Virus record (IMG/VR): IMGVR_UViG_3300026544_000002
Span: 1 to 64,000 of that record
Length of the DNA stretch: 64,000 nt
Reading direction: 5' to 3' (one strand)
Origin: a virus
The position numbers were made by a program, and so were the translations under genes. Shown piece after piece: positions 1 through 10,519 of this stretch. The notes under the pieces were generated by a model. It did not search any database, was not told the DNA's origin, and saw only the letters and a list, made by a program, of their open reading frames with translations. Positions within the stretch are counted from its first letter, which is position 1; each line of letters starts with the position of its first letter.

Positions 1-1
1 A

Positions 2-811
2 AATGATGATGGTAATATTGAAAAATATGGCAAATCGGGTATATCTCAAAATAATCATGATCATTGGAAGTCGGAAGGCAAAATAACTGTTGATCCAAAT
101 TCTTCATATATTGCAGAAAATCTTTTTAGAAAAATAATAGAAGATACAACAAAAGAATACACAGAATCATTTGGTAATCTACCTGGTGATTTACAAGTTA
201 AGATAGATAAATTTTTAGCTCCTCCAAAACTTCCATATTATTCGATCATAAAAAAATTGGTAGTAGGTAGTAGATTAGGAAAACAAAAAATATCATATTC
301 AAAATTAAATAGAAAACGAATGTATGTTTTCACCAAAGAAGATGAATTAGGTATGAAATTTATGCCACCATTTCCGGGTAAGACAAATGATAAATCATTT
401 AAAATTGGTGTATTATTAGATACTTCTGCATCTGTTCCAATAACTGATGACGGTATTTATGAAGCATTAAACGGTCTTGAATCTATTTTGAAGGAAGATC
501 AGAATGCTGAAATTATCTTATTACAAGTAGATACAGAAATTCGTGAAGAAAAGAAATTGAAATCGATAAAAGATATTCATCGGATAGAAGTTAAAGGGAG
601 AGGTGGTACAAGATTATTACCAGGTTTGAATAGATTAAAAGAATTGAAAGTAGATGTTTCATTGGTATTTACTGATGGATATTTCGAAGATATTTGTCAA
701 TATGTCTATTCATTACCAAAGAAAATAGTTTGGATTCTTCCTGATAAAAAATCAACAGATTATCGAATTGGGAATATTGGACATATAATTCATTTTCCAG
801 TTAAAGAATAG
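2..811 (+). CDS. DUF2201-type metallopeptidase/VWA domain protein (5'-truncated by window edge)
   Basis: Frame is open from base 2 (…NNHDHWK…GNLPG…PKLPY…) into the listed ORF 257-811; VWA MIDAS-like LDTSAS, GRGGT and FTDG motifs. Confidence 0.8.
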   Translation, partial: NDDGNIEKYGKSGISQNNHDHWKSEGKITVDPNSSYIAENLFRKIIEDTTKEYTESFGNLPGDLQVKIDKFLAPPKLPYYSIIKKLVVGSRLGKQKISYSKLNRKRMYVFTKEDELGMKFMPPFPGKTNDKSFKIGVLLDTSASVPITDDGIYEALNGLESILKEDQNAEIILLQVDTEIREEKKLKSIKDIHRIEVKGRGGTRLLPGLNRLKELKVDVSLVFTDGYFEDICQYVYSLPKKIVWILPDKKSTDYRIGNIGHIIHFPVKE

Positions 812-822
812 AGGAGAATAAA

Positions 823-1224
823 ATGTCAAGATTTTATAAAATGGGTTTTACCATAACAGGATATAACAAAGAAAAAGAAATTGATATAATCGAAGCTATT
901 TCTTTAATTTGGGATATTGATACGGATAATTGTTATATTGATTCTAGTAATCAAAGAGCAGTTGATATTATTAATAATAAAAATAATTTGAATTTACCAT
1001 GTACTTATTGTTTTGTAGATGGAGAAGGTAATTTATGCGGCGGTGAATCCGAAGATGAATTTGCAGAACGAGCAAGTTTGTTGATATGGGAAACAAATGG
1101 TGGTTTTTGTGGTGTTATGATAACTGCTACATATTTAGAAGATTCTCCGTATGAACAATATGAATATCGTGATCATGATAAATATATCGAAATGATGAAA
1201 CGTGAAAAGGATAAAAAGAAATGA
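823..1224 (+). CDS. hypothetical protein
   Basis: ORF with GAGGAG RBS; its stop overlaps the next start (ATGA). Confidence 0.75.
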   Translation: MSRFYKMGFTITGYNKEKEIDIIEAISLIWDIDTDNCYIDSSNQRAVDIINNKNNLNLPCTYCFVDGEGNLCGGESEDEFAERASLLIWETNGGFCGVMITATYLEDSPYEQYEYRDHDKYIEMMKREKDKKK

Positions 1225-3023
1225 CAACAGAATATTCTTCGAATGATATTCGAGTATTGGATGGGTTATCGCATGTCCAATTACATCCAAATATGTATAT
1301 ATCAACAACGAAGAATCCTTGCCACCTCATCGAGGAAGCATTAGACAATGCCCTCGATGAGGCGATTTCTGGATATGCTGATATTATAGCAGTTCGTGTT
1401 GATACAAAAACAGGTATATGTGCGATACTTGACAATGGTAGAGGAATTCCAATTGATACGGATGTTGCAATTACAATTTCAACAGAATTATTTTCTGGTG
1501 CCAAATTCACGGATTGTAAAACTGCATATTCTTCAAGCTCGGGTTTACATGGCATTGGTCTAGTAGCTATTTATGCATTATCATCTGAATATAGAATTGA
1601 AATTTATAAAGATAACAGACATGTATTATATGAAAAAAAGAAAAAGAAATTCAAAAAAACAACAGATGAAATTTTTGATAATAAGAAACCTCCTTTTTCA
1701 ACAAAAATAGAATTTAAAGCAAGTGAAGAATATTTTGATTCTATAATTCCAGATATTGACATAATTAGAAAAAGAATGACAACGGCATCCGTTGAATTAC
1801 CGAAAGTGCGATTTGTTCTCGTAATAGATGATAAAACAGAAGTGATTCATTATACATTAGATGATTACTTTAAAAATGAATATATTAATGATTATGCATC
1901 TGGTAATTTCAGCAAAAGAATTGATATAGAAGCAATTAATAATGATGAGAGGTTAGCTGTTTCGTTTTGTTATGAATATGGGAATTCGATAACACCAAAA
2001 TATTCATCAGCGGTTAATATACTTCCTGTTAAAAATGGTGGGACACATATCAATTTTATCAATGAAATTATAAGAAATTATTTTCTTCAAAAAGCAAAAA
2101 AGACAGATTTTAAATTCAATCCAAAAGATACAATAATTGGATTTAGATCATATATTTCTTTGTCATTGAAGAAACCAAAATTAAAAGGACAGTCAAAAGA
2201 AAGTCTTGAAAATACAAAAGCTCAATTATCTCATTTATTGAATGATTTTCAGAAACAACTAGCAGTAAAAATGAACAAAGAAATAGAAACAACAAATGAA
2301 ATCATGAATTATTTTCATGATTATAGAACAAAAATAGAATTGAAAAATTTAAAAACTGAAAAAGCTTCTAAAGGAAGAGGCTTGAAGAAGTTTACCAAAT
2401 TGAGAGATTGCCAATCACGCAATGGGGAATTGTTTATTGTTGAAGGTGATTCTGCTGCCGGTGGTATTATTCAAGCAAGAGATCCGAAGAAAATAGCTGT
2501 TCTGCCATTGAAAGGGAAGATTCCTTCATTTTCTAATAATAAGAATATTTTAGAAAATAAAGAAATTGGTGAAATGGTGAATGCATTTGGAACTGGTGTA
2601 GAACCACATTTCGATTTGAAGAAATTTCGTTATGATAAAATAATTTGTTGTTGTGATGCCGATGCCGATGGTGGTCATATTGCGACATTATTAACAATGA
2701 ATTTGGCTATGATGGTTCCAGAATTGATTAAACGAGGACATTATTATATTGCATATACACCTTTATATGCAATAAATGAAAAGAAAGTATTTATTCCTTT
2801 ATGGAATCAGATCGAATTAGATAAAGCAATAAAAGATAAAAGAAAAATTACACGATACAAAGGTCTTGGTGAATTAAATATTAGTGATCTTAAAACATGT
2901 TTGTTAGATGAAAAATCTAGAAAACTTGTTCAAGTACAATGGACAGATAAATTGGATCGATTGGTCGATTTAATGAACAATGTGAATGATAAAAGATTGC
3001 TTTTAAAAGGAGAATTTGAATGA
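1221..3023 (+). CDS. type IIA DNA topoisomerase, B (ATPase/TOPRIM) subunit
   Basis: GHKL motifs EALDNALDE, DNGRGIP, GLHGIG; TOPRIM VEGDSA, PLKGK, DADADG; RYKGLGE. Confidence 0.95.
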   Translation: MTTEYSSNDIRVLDGLSHVQLHPNMYISTTKNPCHLIEEALDNALDEAISGYADIIAVRVDTKTGICAILDNGRGIPIDTDVAITISTELFSGAKFTDCKTAYSSSSGLHGIGLVAIYALSSEYRIEIYKDNRHVLYEKKKKKFKKTTDEIFDNKKPPFSTKIEFKASEEYFDSIIPDIDIIRKRMTTASVELPKVRFVLVIDDKTEVIHYTLDDYFKNEYINDYASGNFSKRIDIEAINNDERLAVSFCYEYGNSITPKYSSAVNILPVKNGGTHINFINEIIRNYFLQKAKKTDFKFNPKDTIIGFRSYISLSLKKPKLKGQSKESLENTKAQLSHLLNDFQKQLAVKMNKEIETTNEIMNYFHDYRTKIELKNLKTEKASKGRGLKKFTKLRDCQSRNGELFIVEGDSAAGGIIQARDPKKIAVLPLKGKIPSFSNNKNILENKEIGEMVNAFGTGVEPHFDLKKFRYDKIICCCDADADGGHIATLLTMNLAMMVPELIKRGHYYIAYTPLYAINEKKVFIPLWNQIELDKAIKDKRKITRYKGLGELNISDLKTCLLDEKSRKLVQVQWTDKLDRLVDLMNNVNDKRLLLKGEFE

Positions 3024-3286
3024 CAAAAACTTTTTGTGATAAATGTGGTATCGAATTAACAGAAAATCATATTATGAATTATGAAAACAATATTACATTT
3101 ACTATTCTTGATGTTGAAATAGATGGGCGACAAAAAATTGCACATGTATGTTTGAATCCTGTGCATTCTTGGGATAATTTTGATATTTGTCGTAAATGTG
3201 CTTTGGAAGCTATGAAAAGTTTTATCGATGGGATTGATTTTTCTGATGAACAATCTTTTAAAAATGATATCGAGGTATCTAAATGA
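3020..3286 (+). CDS. hypothetical protein with CxxC…CxxC pairs
   Basis: CDKC and CRKC; AAGGAG RBS; ATGA overlap. Confidence 0.7.
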   Translation: MTKTFCDKCGIELTENHIMNYENNITFTILDVEIDGRQKIAHVCLNPVHSWDNFDICRKCALEAMKSFIDGIDFSDEQSFKNDIEVSK

Positions 3287-3678
3287 CAACAGACATAGCA
3301 AAAAAAGAAACATTCGAAGAAAAAATGAAATCACGAATTATCGATTCAATTGGTGATTTAATGCCAGATGAAGAATTAGAAAAAATCATCAGTAGAGCAA
3401 TCAATGAAGCATTTTTCCAAAAAATAGTTGTTCAAGAAGGATATCACAAAAAAGAATTAGATCCTTGGATATATGGTGTTGTAAAAGATTTATTACAAGA
3501 TCATATGAAAGAGCAAGTTGAATTGTATATGAAAGAACATAAAGATGTTATTTTAAATAATATAAATGATATTATAAAAAATGGTATATCAGAATGTTTC
3601 ATTTCAACTATTAAAAATTATTTTAGTCAACAATTTTTTGATTTTGAAGTTAATATTAGAAACAAAATGGGAATTTAA
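3283..3678 (+). CDS. hypothetical protein
   Basis: Coupled ORF (ATGA), GAGG RBS. Confidence 0.7.
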   Translation: MTTDIAKKETFEEKMKSRIIDSIGDLMPDEELEKIISRAINEAFFQKIVVQEGYHKKELDPWIYGVVKDLLQDHMKEQVELYMKEHKDVILNNINDIIKNGISECFISTIKNYFSQQFFDFEVNIRNKMGI

Positions 3679-3680
3679 TT

Positions 3681-4019
3681 ATGTATGAAAATAAATACGG
3701 TGTTCATCGGACACATTGCTGTGTATTACATGGATGTAAATATGGAAAAGAAGATTGTCCAGTTACTTCTGGCCAAATACCACAAGATTATATTTGTCTT
3801 GATTGTGAAGAACAAGGGATCAAATCAATTGATCATTTAAAAAAAGAAATTGATCGTATTAATAATGAAATATCTTGTTATGGTGATATAGATAGAAAAT
3901 CTGATTTAGATATTTTAGAAACATGGGTGAATATTCAATTAACAAAAAGTATAGATCCTTGGATTCATTCTCATGATCTAATCAACACTATCAATGCTAT
4001 AAGAAATAGAAAAAAATAA
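3681..4019 (+). CDS. hypothetical Cys/His-rich phage protein
   Basis: VHRTHCCVLHGCKYGKEDCPV motif, a likely metal-binding segment. Confidence 0.7.
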   Translation: MYENKYGVHRTHCCVLHGCKYGKEDCPVTSGQIPQDYICLDCEEQGIKSIDHLKKEIDRINNEISCYGDIDRKSDLDILETWVNIQLTKSIDPWIHSHDLINTINAIRNRKK

Positions 4020-4264
4020 TGATATATATACAATTTTTAATAAAAAATAATAAAGGTAAAATTGATGATCTTCTTGGTTCGGATGGTGTTTTTAAATTAG
4101 ATGGGAGATATACATTACAACGACATATTGTGACAGCACATGAAAGAAAAGAACAATTAAAAAATATTCATCCAAACATATGTGGTTATAAAATTTTTAA
4201 AGGAGAACGATTTGCTGATAATAATTATTTGATAACAGGTGGGATTTTTGAAAATGATTATTGA
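4019..4264 (+). CDS. hypothetical protein
   Basis: Coupled ORF (TAATG). Confidence 0.65.
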   Translation: MIYIQFLIKNNKGKIDDLLGSDGVFKLDGRYTLQRHIVTAHERKEQLKNIHPNICGYKIFKGERFADNNYLITGGIFENDY

Positions 4265-4547
4265 TAATCGTATATCTAAAAAAGATTTGAGTGTAGAAGA
4301 ATTAGTAAAAATATTGAATGATAATGGTTATTCTAATATAACTATTGAACGAATATTGCAATTAGAATTTGGTATTTTGAATAGATGGATTTCTGGAAAA
4401 GAAGATATTACTTGTGTTGGTTTATCATTATTACGGATTCTTTCAACATTTCCGTGGATGTTAAAAATTGCTGAAAACAATTTTGATGAGAATATAAAAA
4501 TCAATTTATTAAAAGAAATTATTGATAAAAAGAAAAAGGAGATATAA
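4239..4547 (+). CDS. putative HTH (XRE-like) protein; start may be ATG 4254
   Basis: YSNITIERILQLEFGILNRWISG resembles a helix-turn-helix. Confidence 0.5.
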   Translation: MGFLKMIIDNRISKKDLSVEELVKILNDNGYSNITIERILQLEFGILNRWISGKEDITCVGLSLLRILSTFPWMLKIAENNFDENIKINLLKEIIDKKKKEI

Positions 4548-4717
4548 TGGCGAATATGGGGTATTGCAGATTTGAAAACACTCTTAGAGATTTAGAAGAT
4601 TGTTATGAGAATATGGATGATAATGATCTTAGTGATTCAGAAACAAAGAGCCGAAGAATATTAATTAAAACATGTAGAAATATTGCTGATGATTATGAAC
4701 ATGAATTAGAGGATTAA
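4547..4717 (+). CDS. small hypothetical protein (56 aa, MANMGYCRFENTLRDL…), absent from ORF track
   Basis: AAGGAG RBS, TAATG coupling at both ends, fills the gap exactly. Confidence 0.75.
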   Translation: MANMGYCRFENTLRDLEDCYENMDDNDLSDSETKSRRILIKTCRNIADDYEHELED

Positions 4718-6072
4718 TGATGGGTGAAAAAATAGATATGTTTGATTTTGTCACTGAAAGTTATCGTAATTATGGTGATGAAGTTAATAAGAATAGAATG
4801 ATATCACTATCAATTGATGGTTTGAAACCAATAGAAAGACGAGTATTGGTTTCTGCTTTTACTATTGCTAAAAATAAAAAAGTAAAAAGTGTACAAATTG
4901 ATGGATATTGTCTTGGACATTTTCATCCACATTCAATGTGTTATGGAACAATTGTACAGATGGTTAAACAGGGATTTCTTGATGGTCAAGGTCAGTTCGG
5001 TGCCAATATTGGCACCGAACCAACTTCTGCCGCCGCTTCTAGATATACAGAATGTGGTATAAGTGAATTTACGAAATCATTGGCATTTGAATTAATCGAA
5101 TATGTTCCGTGGATAGAAAGTGAAATTTCTGCTGATATCAAAGAACCATTGTATCTTCCAACGAAATATCCATTTTGTTTAATTGGTAACACACCAACAA
5201 GTGGTATTGGTTTTGGATATGCTGCGAATGTTCCTTGTTATAGAATTGAAGATTTGAACAAACGATTGATGTGGTTATTGAAGCAAAGAAAACGTGAACC
5301 AATTATTGAACCAATTACAGATTGTGATATAATCAGTGACAAAACTAAATTGCAAATATTATTGACAGAAGGAAAAGAAACCTTGATCTATAAAGGTCGA
5401 TATGATGTTGACAGAGTAAAGAAACAAATTATCTGTCGTTCTTTGCCTCCTAAGACATCGTTCAGTGTAATATACTCCAAATTACAGAAGAAATATAAAG
5501 ATTTGGCTATATTGGATTCATCATGTGATGAACTAGGCACATACGTCATATTTTATCTTGATAGGGTTCGTAAGCAACAAGAATTGTTTGATGAATTGGT
5601 AAAAGATTTTGATGATATTGTTGTGAAAAATGCTAGTTTTGAAAACAATCAAATTCGATATAATGATTCAGACGACTTGCATAATATGGAATTAATGTGT
5701 ATGTCTATTGACAATATGTTATTGGACACATTCAACAATTATATGAAATTATATGAAATGATGTTGGATAAACAAATACACATCAAAAAGAATAAAATTG
5801 CTTCGTTGGAAATTCTTTCTTTAATCAAGAAGGTTCTTCCAAAATATTTAAATGATATCAAGAAAAAACCAGAAATGGTGATGAAAGAAATTTCCAAAGA
5901 AATAAAAATAGATATTGATATTATAACAAAAATATTCAATAATTATACTATAATTAAATTATTAAATGTTATTGTAGATTCTGATAAATTAGGAAATGAA
6001 ATATTGGTTATAGAAAAAATAAAAAAAAATCTTTTTGATCATATGATTAAAGAATATCAGAAATTGGGTTGA
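4717..6072 (+). CDS. type IIA DNA topoisomerase, A subunit (T4 gp52-like, no CTD)
   Basis: DGLKPIERR, HFHPH, GQGQFG, active-site AASRYT, GIGFG; 451 aa, so no beta-pinwheel CTD. Confidence 0.93.
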   Translation: MMGEKIDMFDFVTESYRNYGDEVNKNRMISLSIDGLKPIERRVLVSAFTIAKNKKVKSVQIDGYCLGHFHPHSMCYGTIVQMVKQGFLDGQGQFGANIGTEPTSAAASRYTECGISEFTKSLAFELIEYVPWIESEISADIKEPLYLPTKYPFCLIGNTPTSGIGFGYAANVPCYRIEDLNKRLMWLLKQRKREPIIEPITDCDIISDKTKLQILLTEGKETLIYKGRYDVDRVKKQIICRSLPPKTSFSVIYSKLQKKYKDLAILDSSCDELGTYVIFYLDRVRKQQELFDELVKDFDDIVVKNASFENNQIRYNDSDDLHNMELMCMSIDNMLLDTFNNYMKLYEMMLDKQIHIKKNKIASLEILSLIKKVLPKYLNDIKKKPEMVMKEISKEIKIDIDIITKIFNNYTIIKLLNVIVDSDKLGNEILVIEKIKKNLFDHMIKEYQKLG

Positions 6073-6089
6073 AAAATAATAATTTAAAC

Positions 6090-6101
6090 AACATAGTATT
6101 G
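6090..6101 (+). promoter_or_regulatory. candidate phage promoter AACA-TAGTAT-TG upstream of tRNA-Arg
   Basis: One-mismatch variant of the repeated AACATAATATTG motif, 21 nt before the tRNA. Confidence 0.4.
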
Positions 6102-6122
6102 ATGAAAAAAATAATTAATTAT

Positions 6123-6200
6123 GCGCCTGTAGCTCAGTTGGATTAGAGCAACGGATTTCTAATCCGTAGGTCGTAGGTTCGATTCCTACCTGGCGTACCA
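6123..6200 (+). tRNA. tRNA-Arg(UCU)
   Basis: Cloverleaf: anticodon arm ACGGA-TT-TCT-AA-TCCGT, T arm GTAGG-TTCGATT-CCTAC, encoded CCA. Confidence 0.95.
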
Positions 6201-6245
6201 AATAAGGAATATGAAACTATTTGAAAATAAATAATAAGGAGAATT

Positions 6246-7199
6246 ATGTATTATTTAGAAAGAGAATTCAAGGTGCCAGTTGGTCATCGTTTATCTAAAC
6301 ATAAAGGATTGTGTAAAAATATTCATGGACATACTATAAAAATCGTAGTCACATTGATGTCTTATAGATTGAATAATAATGATATGGTAATAGATTTTTC
6401 TGATTTAAAGAAAATGGTTGAAGAATTATTTCTTAAAAATTTTGATCATTGTTTACTTTTGAATTCCGAAGATATTATTGAATCGAATCATTGTAAAAAG
6501 AATAATTTGAAGTATATATGTTTTGACCAATTAGATCCTACAGCAGAAACAATATCTAAATATATATATGATATCATTGATGCATATATAAGAAAATTTT
6601 ATGGAAATCATATGTTATGTTGTCGTCGTGTTGTAGTATGGGAAAATGAATCATCTAGTTGTGTATACATGGATCATAAAAAAATTAAAGAATATATGAA
6701 ATTAGAAAAAAGTGTAAATAGATCAAATGAATATCAAGATAAAAATGAAAAAGAAACATCTGTTGATGAATTTGTTACAGATGAATCGGGTTTGTTTTTA
6801 AAATATTTTGTTTTGAAACCAGGTGGAGATAATGTTTATGCAGAAGCATCTAGAAAAGCAATGTTGGAATATGCCAAACATATCGATTCAACAGATAAAA
6901 AATTTAGTAATGATTTAAGAAAAATGGTAGCGATGTATACACCATTGGTAAAAGTAGATAAAACTATTCAAATTGGTGATATTCATAAAAAAAATTGGGA
7001 ATTGATTGAAAAAAATAATATAAAAGTTGGTGATATATTTGTTATGAAAAACAGTGAATATACAGAAACATTGATGCATATTCATTCTCTTTATGGATGG
7101 TTAACAACTGATACAGATAGACAAAAATTACCACAATCAGTTGAAGAAGCATTGCAATTATATGATCATTGTCCAATGATTGGGGAGTTATCATGTTAA
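6246..7199 (+). CDS. queD: QueD/6-carboxytetrahydropterin synthase with long C-terminal extension
   Basis: GHRL…CKNIHGH, IDFSDLK, FDH, PTAE, VWENE motifs in the first ~145 aa; ~170 extra residues follow. Confidence 0.88.
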   Translation: MYYLEREFKVPVGHRLSKHKGLCKNIHGHTIKIVVTLMSYRLNNNDMVIDFSDLKKMVEELFLKNFDHCLLLNSEDIIESNHCKKNNLKYICFDQLDPTAETISKYIYDIIDAYIRKFYGNHMLCCRRVVVWENESSSCVYMDHKKIKEYMKLEKSVNRSNEYQDKNEKETSVDEFVTDESGLFLKYFVLKPGGDNVYAEASRKAMLEYAKHIDSTDKKFSNDLRKMVAMYTPLVKVDKTIQIGDIHKKNWELIEKNNIKVGDIFVMKNSEYTETLMHIHSLYGWLTTDTDRQKLPQSVEEALQLYDHCPMIGELSC

Positions 7200-7459
7200 T
7201 ATTTAGTAAAAGAGAATTTTATATAACATGTTCTTTTATAATAGCATGGCCTTTAACAATTTTAGCTTTTATTCAAGATTATATGGGGAAAGATGCTTGG
7301 ATAAAATTTTTAGAAAAAAATTGGTGGGATATACATTATAGTGTGTGGATCATAATATTCATTTTATCAATAATTATTGTCTCACAATATCTTATAATAG
7401 CTTTGAAAAAAGGTATTATAATAAAAGATAAGATTGGATATGATATAAAATGGGAATAG
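7169..7459 (+). CDS. small membrane protein (start probably ATG 7193)
   Basis: Two hydrophobic segments; GGGGAG before ATG 7193. Confidence 0.6.
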   Translation: MSNDWGVIMLIFSKREFYITCSFIIAWPLTILAFIQDYMGKDAWIKFLEKNWWDIHYSVWIIIFILSIIIVSQYLIIALKKGIIIKDKIGYDIKWE

Positions 7460-7499
7460 GAGATATTTATGATAATCACATGTAACAGAGGAAATTGAG

Positions 7500-8930
7500 A
7501 TGATTGATAAATTGGTTCATCATGATAGATTAGGATATAGAATATCATCACAATTTGCTGATCAATTTTATTATCAACAAATTAAGAAATTATTAACTGT
7601 TTCTTCACAGGATTATTATACAAAAAAAATTGTATATAATGAATATTTTTATGAAACAGAAAAAGCTTTATTGATACCTAGATTATTTCCTATTGAAAAA
7701 TATTTCGATAAAAATTCTATTGATAAACAAGAAATATGGCATAGTAAAAAAATAAAAATCGAATCATTGGTGACACCTAGAAATAAAATACAAGAAGATT
7801 CGATCAATCATTTATTAAATACACCACATTGTTTATTACAATTGGATCCTGGTTCTGGAAAAACTGTTATTGCCATCGATGTTATGTGTAAATTAAAATA
7901 CAAAACAATTATATGTGTGCATCGTGATGGATTGTTAAAACAATGGTATGAAAGATTAAAAGAATTTTCAGATATATCTGATGATAAAATTGGGGTTTTA
8001 AATACACAATCATATGAATATGTTATCGAGAATAGTGATGTTATATTAACAACTGTTCAAGCATTTAATGCTATATTGAGAAATGATGATCATAGAAGAA
8101 ATTTCCAGTCAAAAATGTATCATTCTGGAATTGGTTTGATGATTGGTGATGAAGTTCATACTACTGTAGGAGCTCCTACATTTTCCAGAACATCTTTGTT
8201 CATTCCATGTCATAGAACTATTGGATTATCAGCTACTCCTGATAGAGAAGATGGAACATTTAAAATAATGAAATATCATTTGGGAGAAGTTTTTATCAGT
8301 CAATATGCATCAGGCACAATGGATGCAGAAGTAAATGTTGTTATGGCAGATTTTGATTTATTAAAAAATCGGGAAAGATGGTTATTTTGGGAAGGACAAT
8401 TTCAATATAGTAGATATTATCAAATTTTAAAAAATTCAAAAATATTTTTAAAATTAATGGATATTGTTATAAATACGATAGTTGATCAAAATAGACACGT
8501 TGTTATCATGGGAGAAAGAATTAAATTATTTGAAAAATTAACGAAAATATATAAAGATTATGATTGTTTTATATTCAAATCCGGTGTCGGAAATGAAGTA
8601 TTGACGAAAAAATTAATTTTTACCACACCTGGTAAAATGAGAGATGGAATAGATGCACCGTGGAAAGATACATTGATAATGACATCTCCGATTAATAATA
8701 TCAGTCAAGCGACAGGTCGAATAGTTCGACCTTATGATGGTAAACCAAAACCATTAGTTGTTGATTTTGTTGATACAGGGATTTCTAATATAAGAGAATC
8801 TTTTCGAAGAAATAGACTTCCATTTTATAATAAGAAAAATTGGATTGTTAAATACTATGCAATCGAAGAAGGAGTATTAACTGAAATGGGAAAAGACAAA
8901 GCGTTTAGATTATCAGGGATGAATAAATGA
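7500..8930 (+). CDS. superfamily 2 DNA helicase (UvsW/ResIII-like)
   Basis: Walker A PGSGKT, DEVH, LSATPDREDG, QATGRIVR. Confidence 0.9.
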   Translation: MIDKLVHHDRLGYRISSQFADQFYYQQIKKLLTVSSQDYYTKKIVYNEYFYETEKALLIPRLFPIEKYFDKNSIDKQEIWHSKKIKIESLVTPRNKIQEDSINHLLNTPHCLLQLDPGSGKTVIAIDVMCKLKYKTIICVHRDGLLKQWYERLKEFSDISDDKIGVLNTQSYEYVIENSDVILTTVQAFNAILRNDDHRRNFQSKMYHSGIGLMIGDEVHTTVGAPTFSRTSLFIPCHRTIGLSATPDREDGTFKIMKYHLGEVFISQYASGTMDAEVNVVMADFDLLKNRERWLFWEGQFQYSRYYQILKNSKIFLKLMDIVINTIVDQNRHVVIMGERIKLFEKLTKIYKDYDCFIFKSGVGNEVLTKKLIFTTPGKMRDGIDAPWKDTLIMTSPINNISQATGRIVRPYDGKPKPLVVDFVDTGISNIRESFRRNRLPFYNKKNWIVKYYAIEEGVLTEMGKDKAFRLSGMNK

Positions 8931-9193
8931 TTACTATTATCAGCATATTTGAAGATAATAGAAATTTATTAGTAAAAATGAGGGTAGGGGATGAGTTTAG
9001 TATTTTATTGTATGGAAATTTGACAAAAAAAGAATTTTTAGATAATCAACATTTAGTTGGATATGAACAAGTATTTAGGCATGTAAAATTTGAACCAATT
9101 GCAAAATTTTGTGGTGATCTATGGGGATGGGAAATGGGAAAATTGGCAATGGCAATAGATACAGAAAAAGTGATAAAAGAATCACACTCATGA
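8927..9193 (+). CDS. hypothetical protein
   Basis: ATGA-coupled ORF. Confidence 0.6.
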   Translation: MITIISIFEDNRNLLVKMRVGDEFSILLYGNLTKKEFLDNQHLVGYEQVFRHVKFEPIAKFCGDLWGWEMGKLAMAIDTEKVIKESHS

Positions 9194-9486
9194 TTTCTAT
9201 TTTAACAATGCGACAATTTGATAAAAATAATCAAGAACGAATAATCAAATTAATAACTAAACATAGAGTACAAAAAATTCAAGAATTCAAACAATTTATT
9301 ATTGAAAAAACTGATAGATTCACAAAAGAAATAAAATTTTCCGAAGGAGCTTTATTTATTTCATTATATGAAGGTGCAATGGAAGAATTGAGTTGTTATG
9401 ACAATTGGGGAATTACAATTAATGATATTTTTAATAATCCAGATAGTCCTTTAAGACAAGTATTGCAAATATTTAAAACGTGGTAA
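9190..9486 (+). CDS. hypothetical protein (ATG 9190 preferred over 9121)
   Basis: ATGA coupling with the upstream stop. Confidence 0.6.
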   Translation: MISILTMRQFDKNNQERIIKLITKHRVQKIQEFKQFIIEKTDRFTKEIKFSEGALFISLYEGAMEELSCYDNWGITINDIFNNPDSPLRQVLQIFKTW

Positions 9487-9496
9487 AGGAGATAAA

Positions 9497-10519
9497 ATGA
9501 GATCAGTTGTTACAGGAGATTTACATTATTCTCTTTATGGTTCTGATCCAGTTATGGAAAATGGATTGAATGAAAGACTTTATTATATTGATAAAGTCTT
9601 TCGTCAATCTATTCTTCATTATGCAATTGATAATAAAATTGAAAATTGTATTATAGCTGGTGATATTTTCCATAATAAGAGTATTATACATTCATTAGCC
9701 ATATCAACATTTGTTGATACGATAAGAGATTTTCCACAAATACATTTTTATTTAATAGATGGGAATCATGATCATTCAAAAATGTCAGGTGATGGTGTTT
9801 CGTCATTAAAAGCCTTATCAAGAGAACCAAATGTAACAGTTGTTCATGATACTTTACAAATTGAAAATATTTATATGGTAGCATGGAATAGTAAAATGAA
9901 AAAAAATATTACTAAATACAAAGGAAGTGATTATTTGATTTCTCATTTTGGTTTGAATGAAGCGTCTTTGTCATCTGGTATTTCAATTGTTTCTGATTTA
10001 GGAATGAAAGATTTGAAAAAATATAAATATATTTTATTGGGACATTATCATAAACCACAATCAATAGAAAAAAATGAAACACAATTGTATTACGTTGGTT
10101 CTCCTATTCAGTTGGATAGAGGAGAACGTCATGAAAATAAAAGATTTTTAGATGTTGATTTTGAGAATAATGATATTATATCAATAGAAACAACTGGATA
10201 TAAAAAATATTTTCAAATAGTAATTGATAAAAATGAAACTGTTGATGAAATTTTATTAGAAGCAAAAAAATTAGAAGAAGCAGGTCACGAAATTACTATT
10301 GAATTAACAGGGAATAATATTGATGTTAGTAAAATATCAGAAGATTTTAGAAAAATCGATAAAAGAGATATTGATATAACAAACAGAGGAGTATCTTTGG
10401 ATATGTCAGAAGAAGAAAGATTAAAATCTTTTCTTTCTATAAAAGAAATTCCAGAAAATTCTATTGATTATTATTTAAATATAGCTAAAGAAATTATAGG
10501 AGAATGTGCTAATGAGTAA
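9497..10519 (+). CDS. Mre11/SbcD-like nuclease (T4 gp47-like)
   Basis: Metallophosphoesterase motifs GDLH, AGDIFH, GNHD, SH, LGHYH, VGSP; next to a Rad50-like gene. Confidence 0.92.
   Translation: MRSVVTGDLHYSLYGSDPVMENGLNERLYYIDKVFRQSILHYAIDNKIENCIIAGDIFHNKSIIHSLAISTFVDTIRDFPQIHFYLIDGNHDHSKMSGDGVSSLKALSREPNVTVVHDTLQIENIYMVAWNSKMKKNITKYKGSDYLISHFGLNEASLSSGISIVSDLGMKDLKKYKYILLGHYHKPQSIEKNETQLYYVGSPIQLDRGERHENKRFLDVDFENNDIISIETTGYKKYFQIVIDKNETVDEILLEAKKLEEAGHEITIELTGNNIDVSKISEDFRKIDKRDIDITNRGVSLDMSEEERLKSFLSIKEIPENSIDYYLNIAKEIIGECANE

Noticed and set aside
1221-6072. Assigning gyrA/gyrB or parC/parE symbols
   Set aside because: The A subunit lacks the CTD/GyrA-box and both are divergent phage-type subunits
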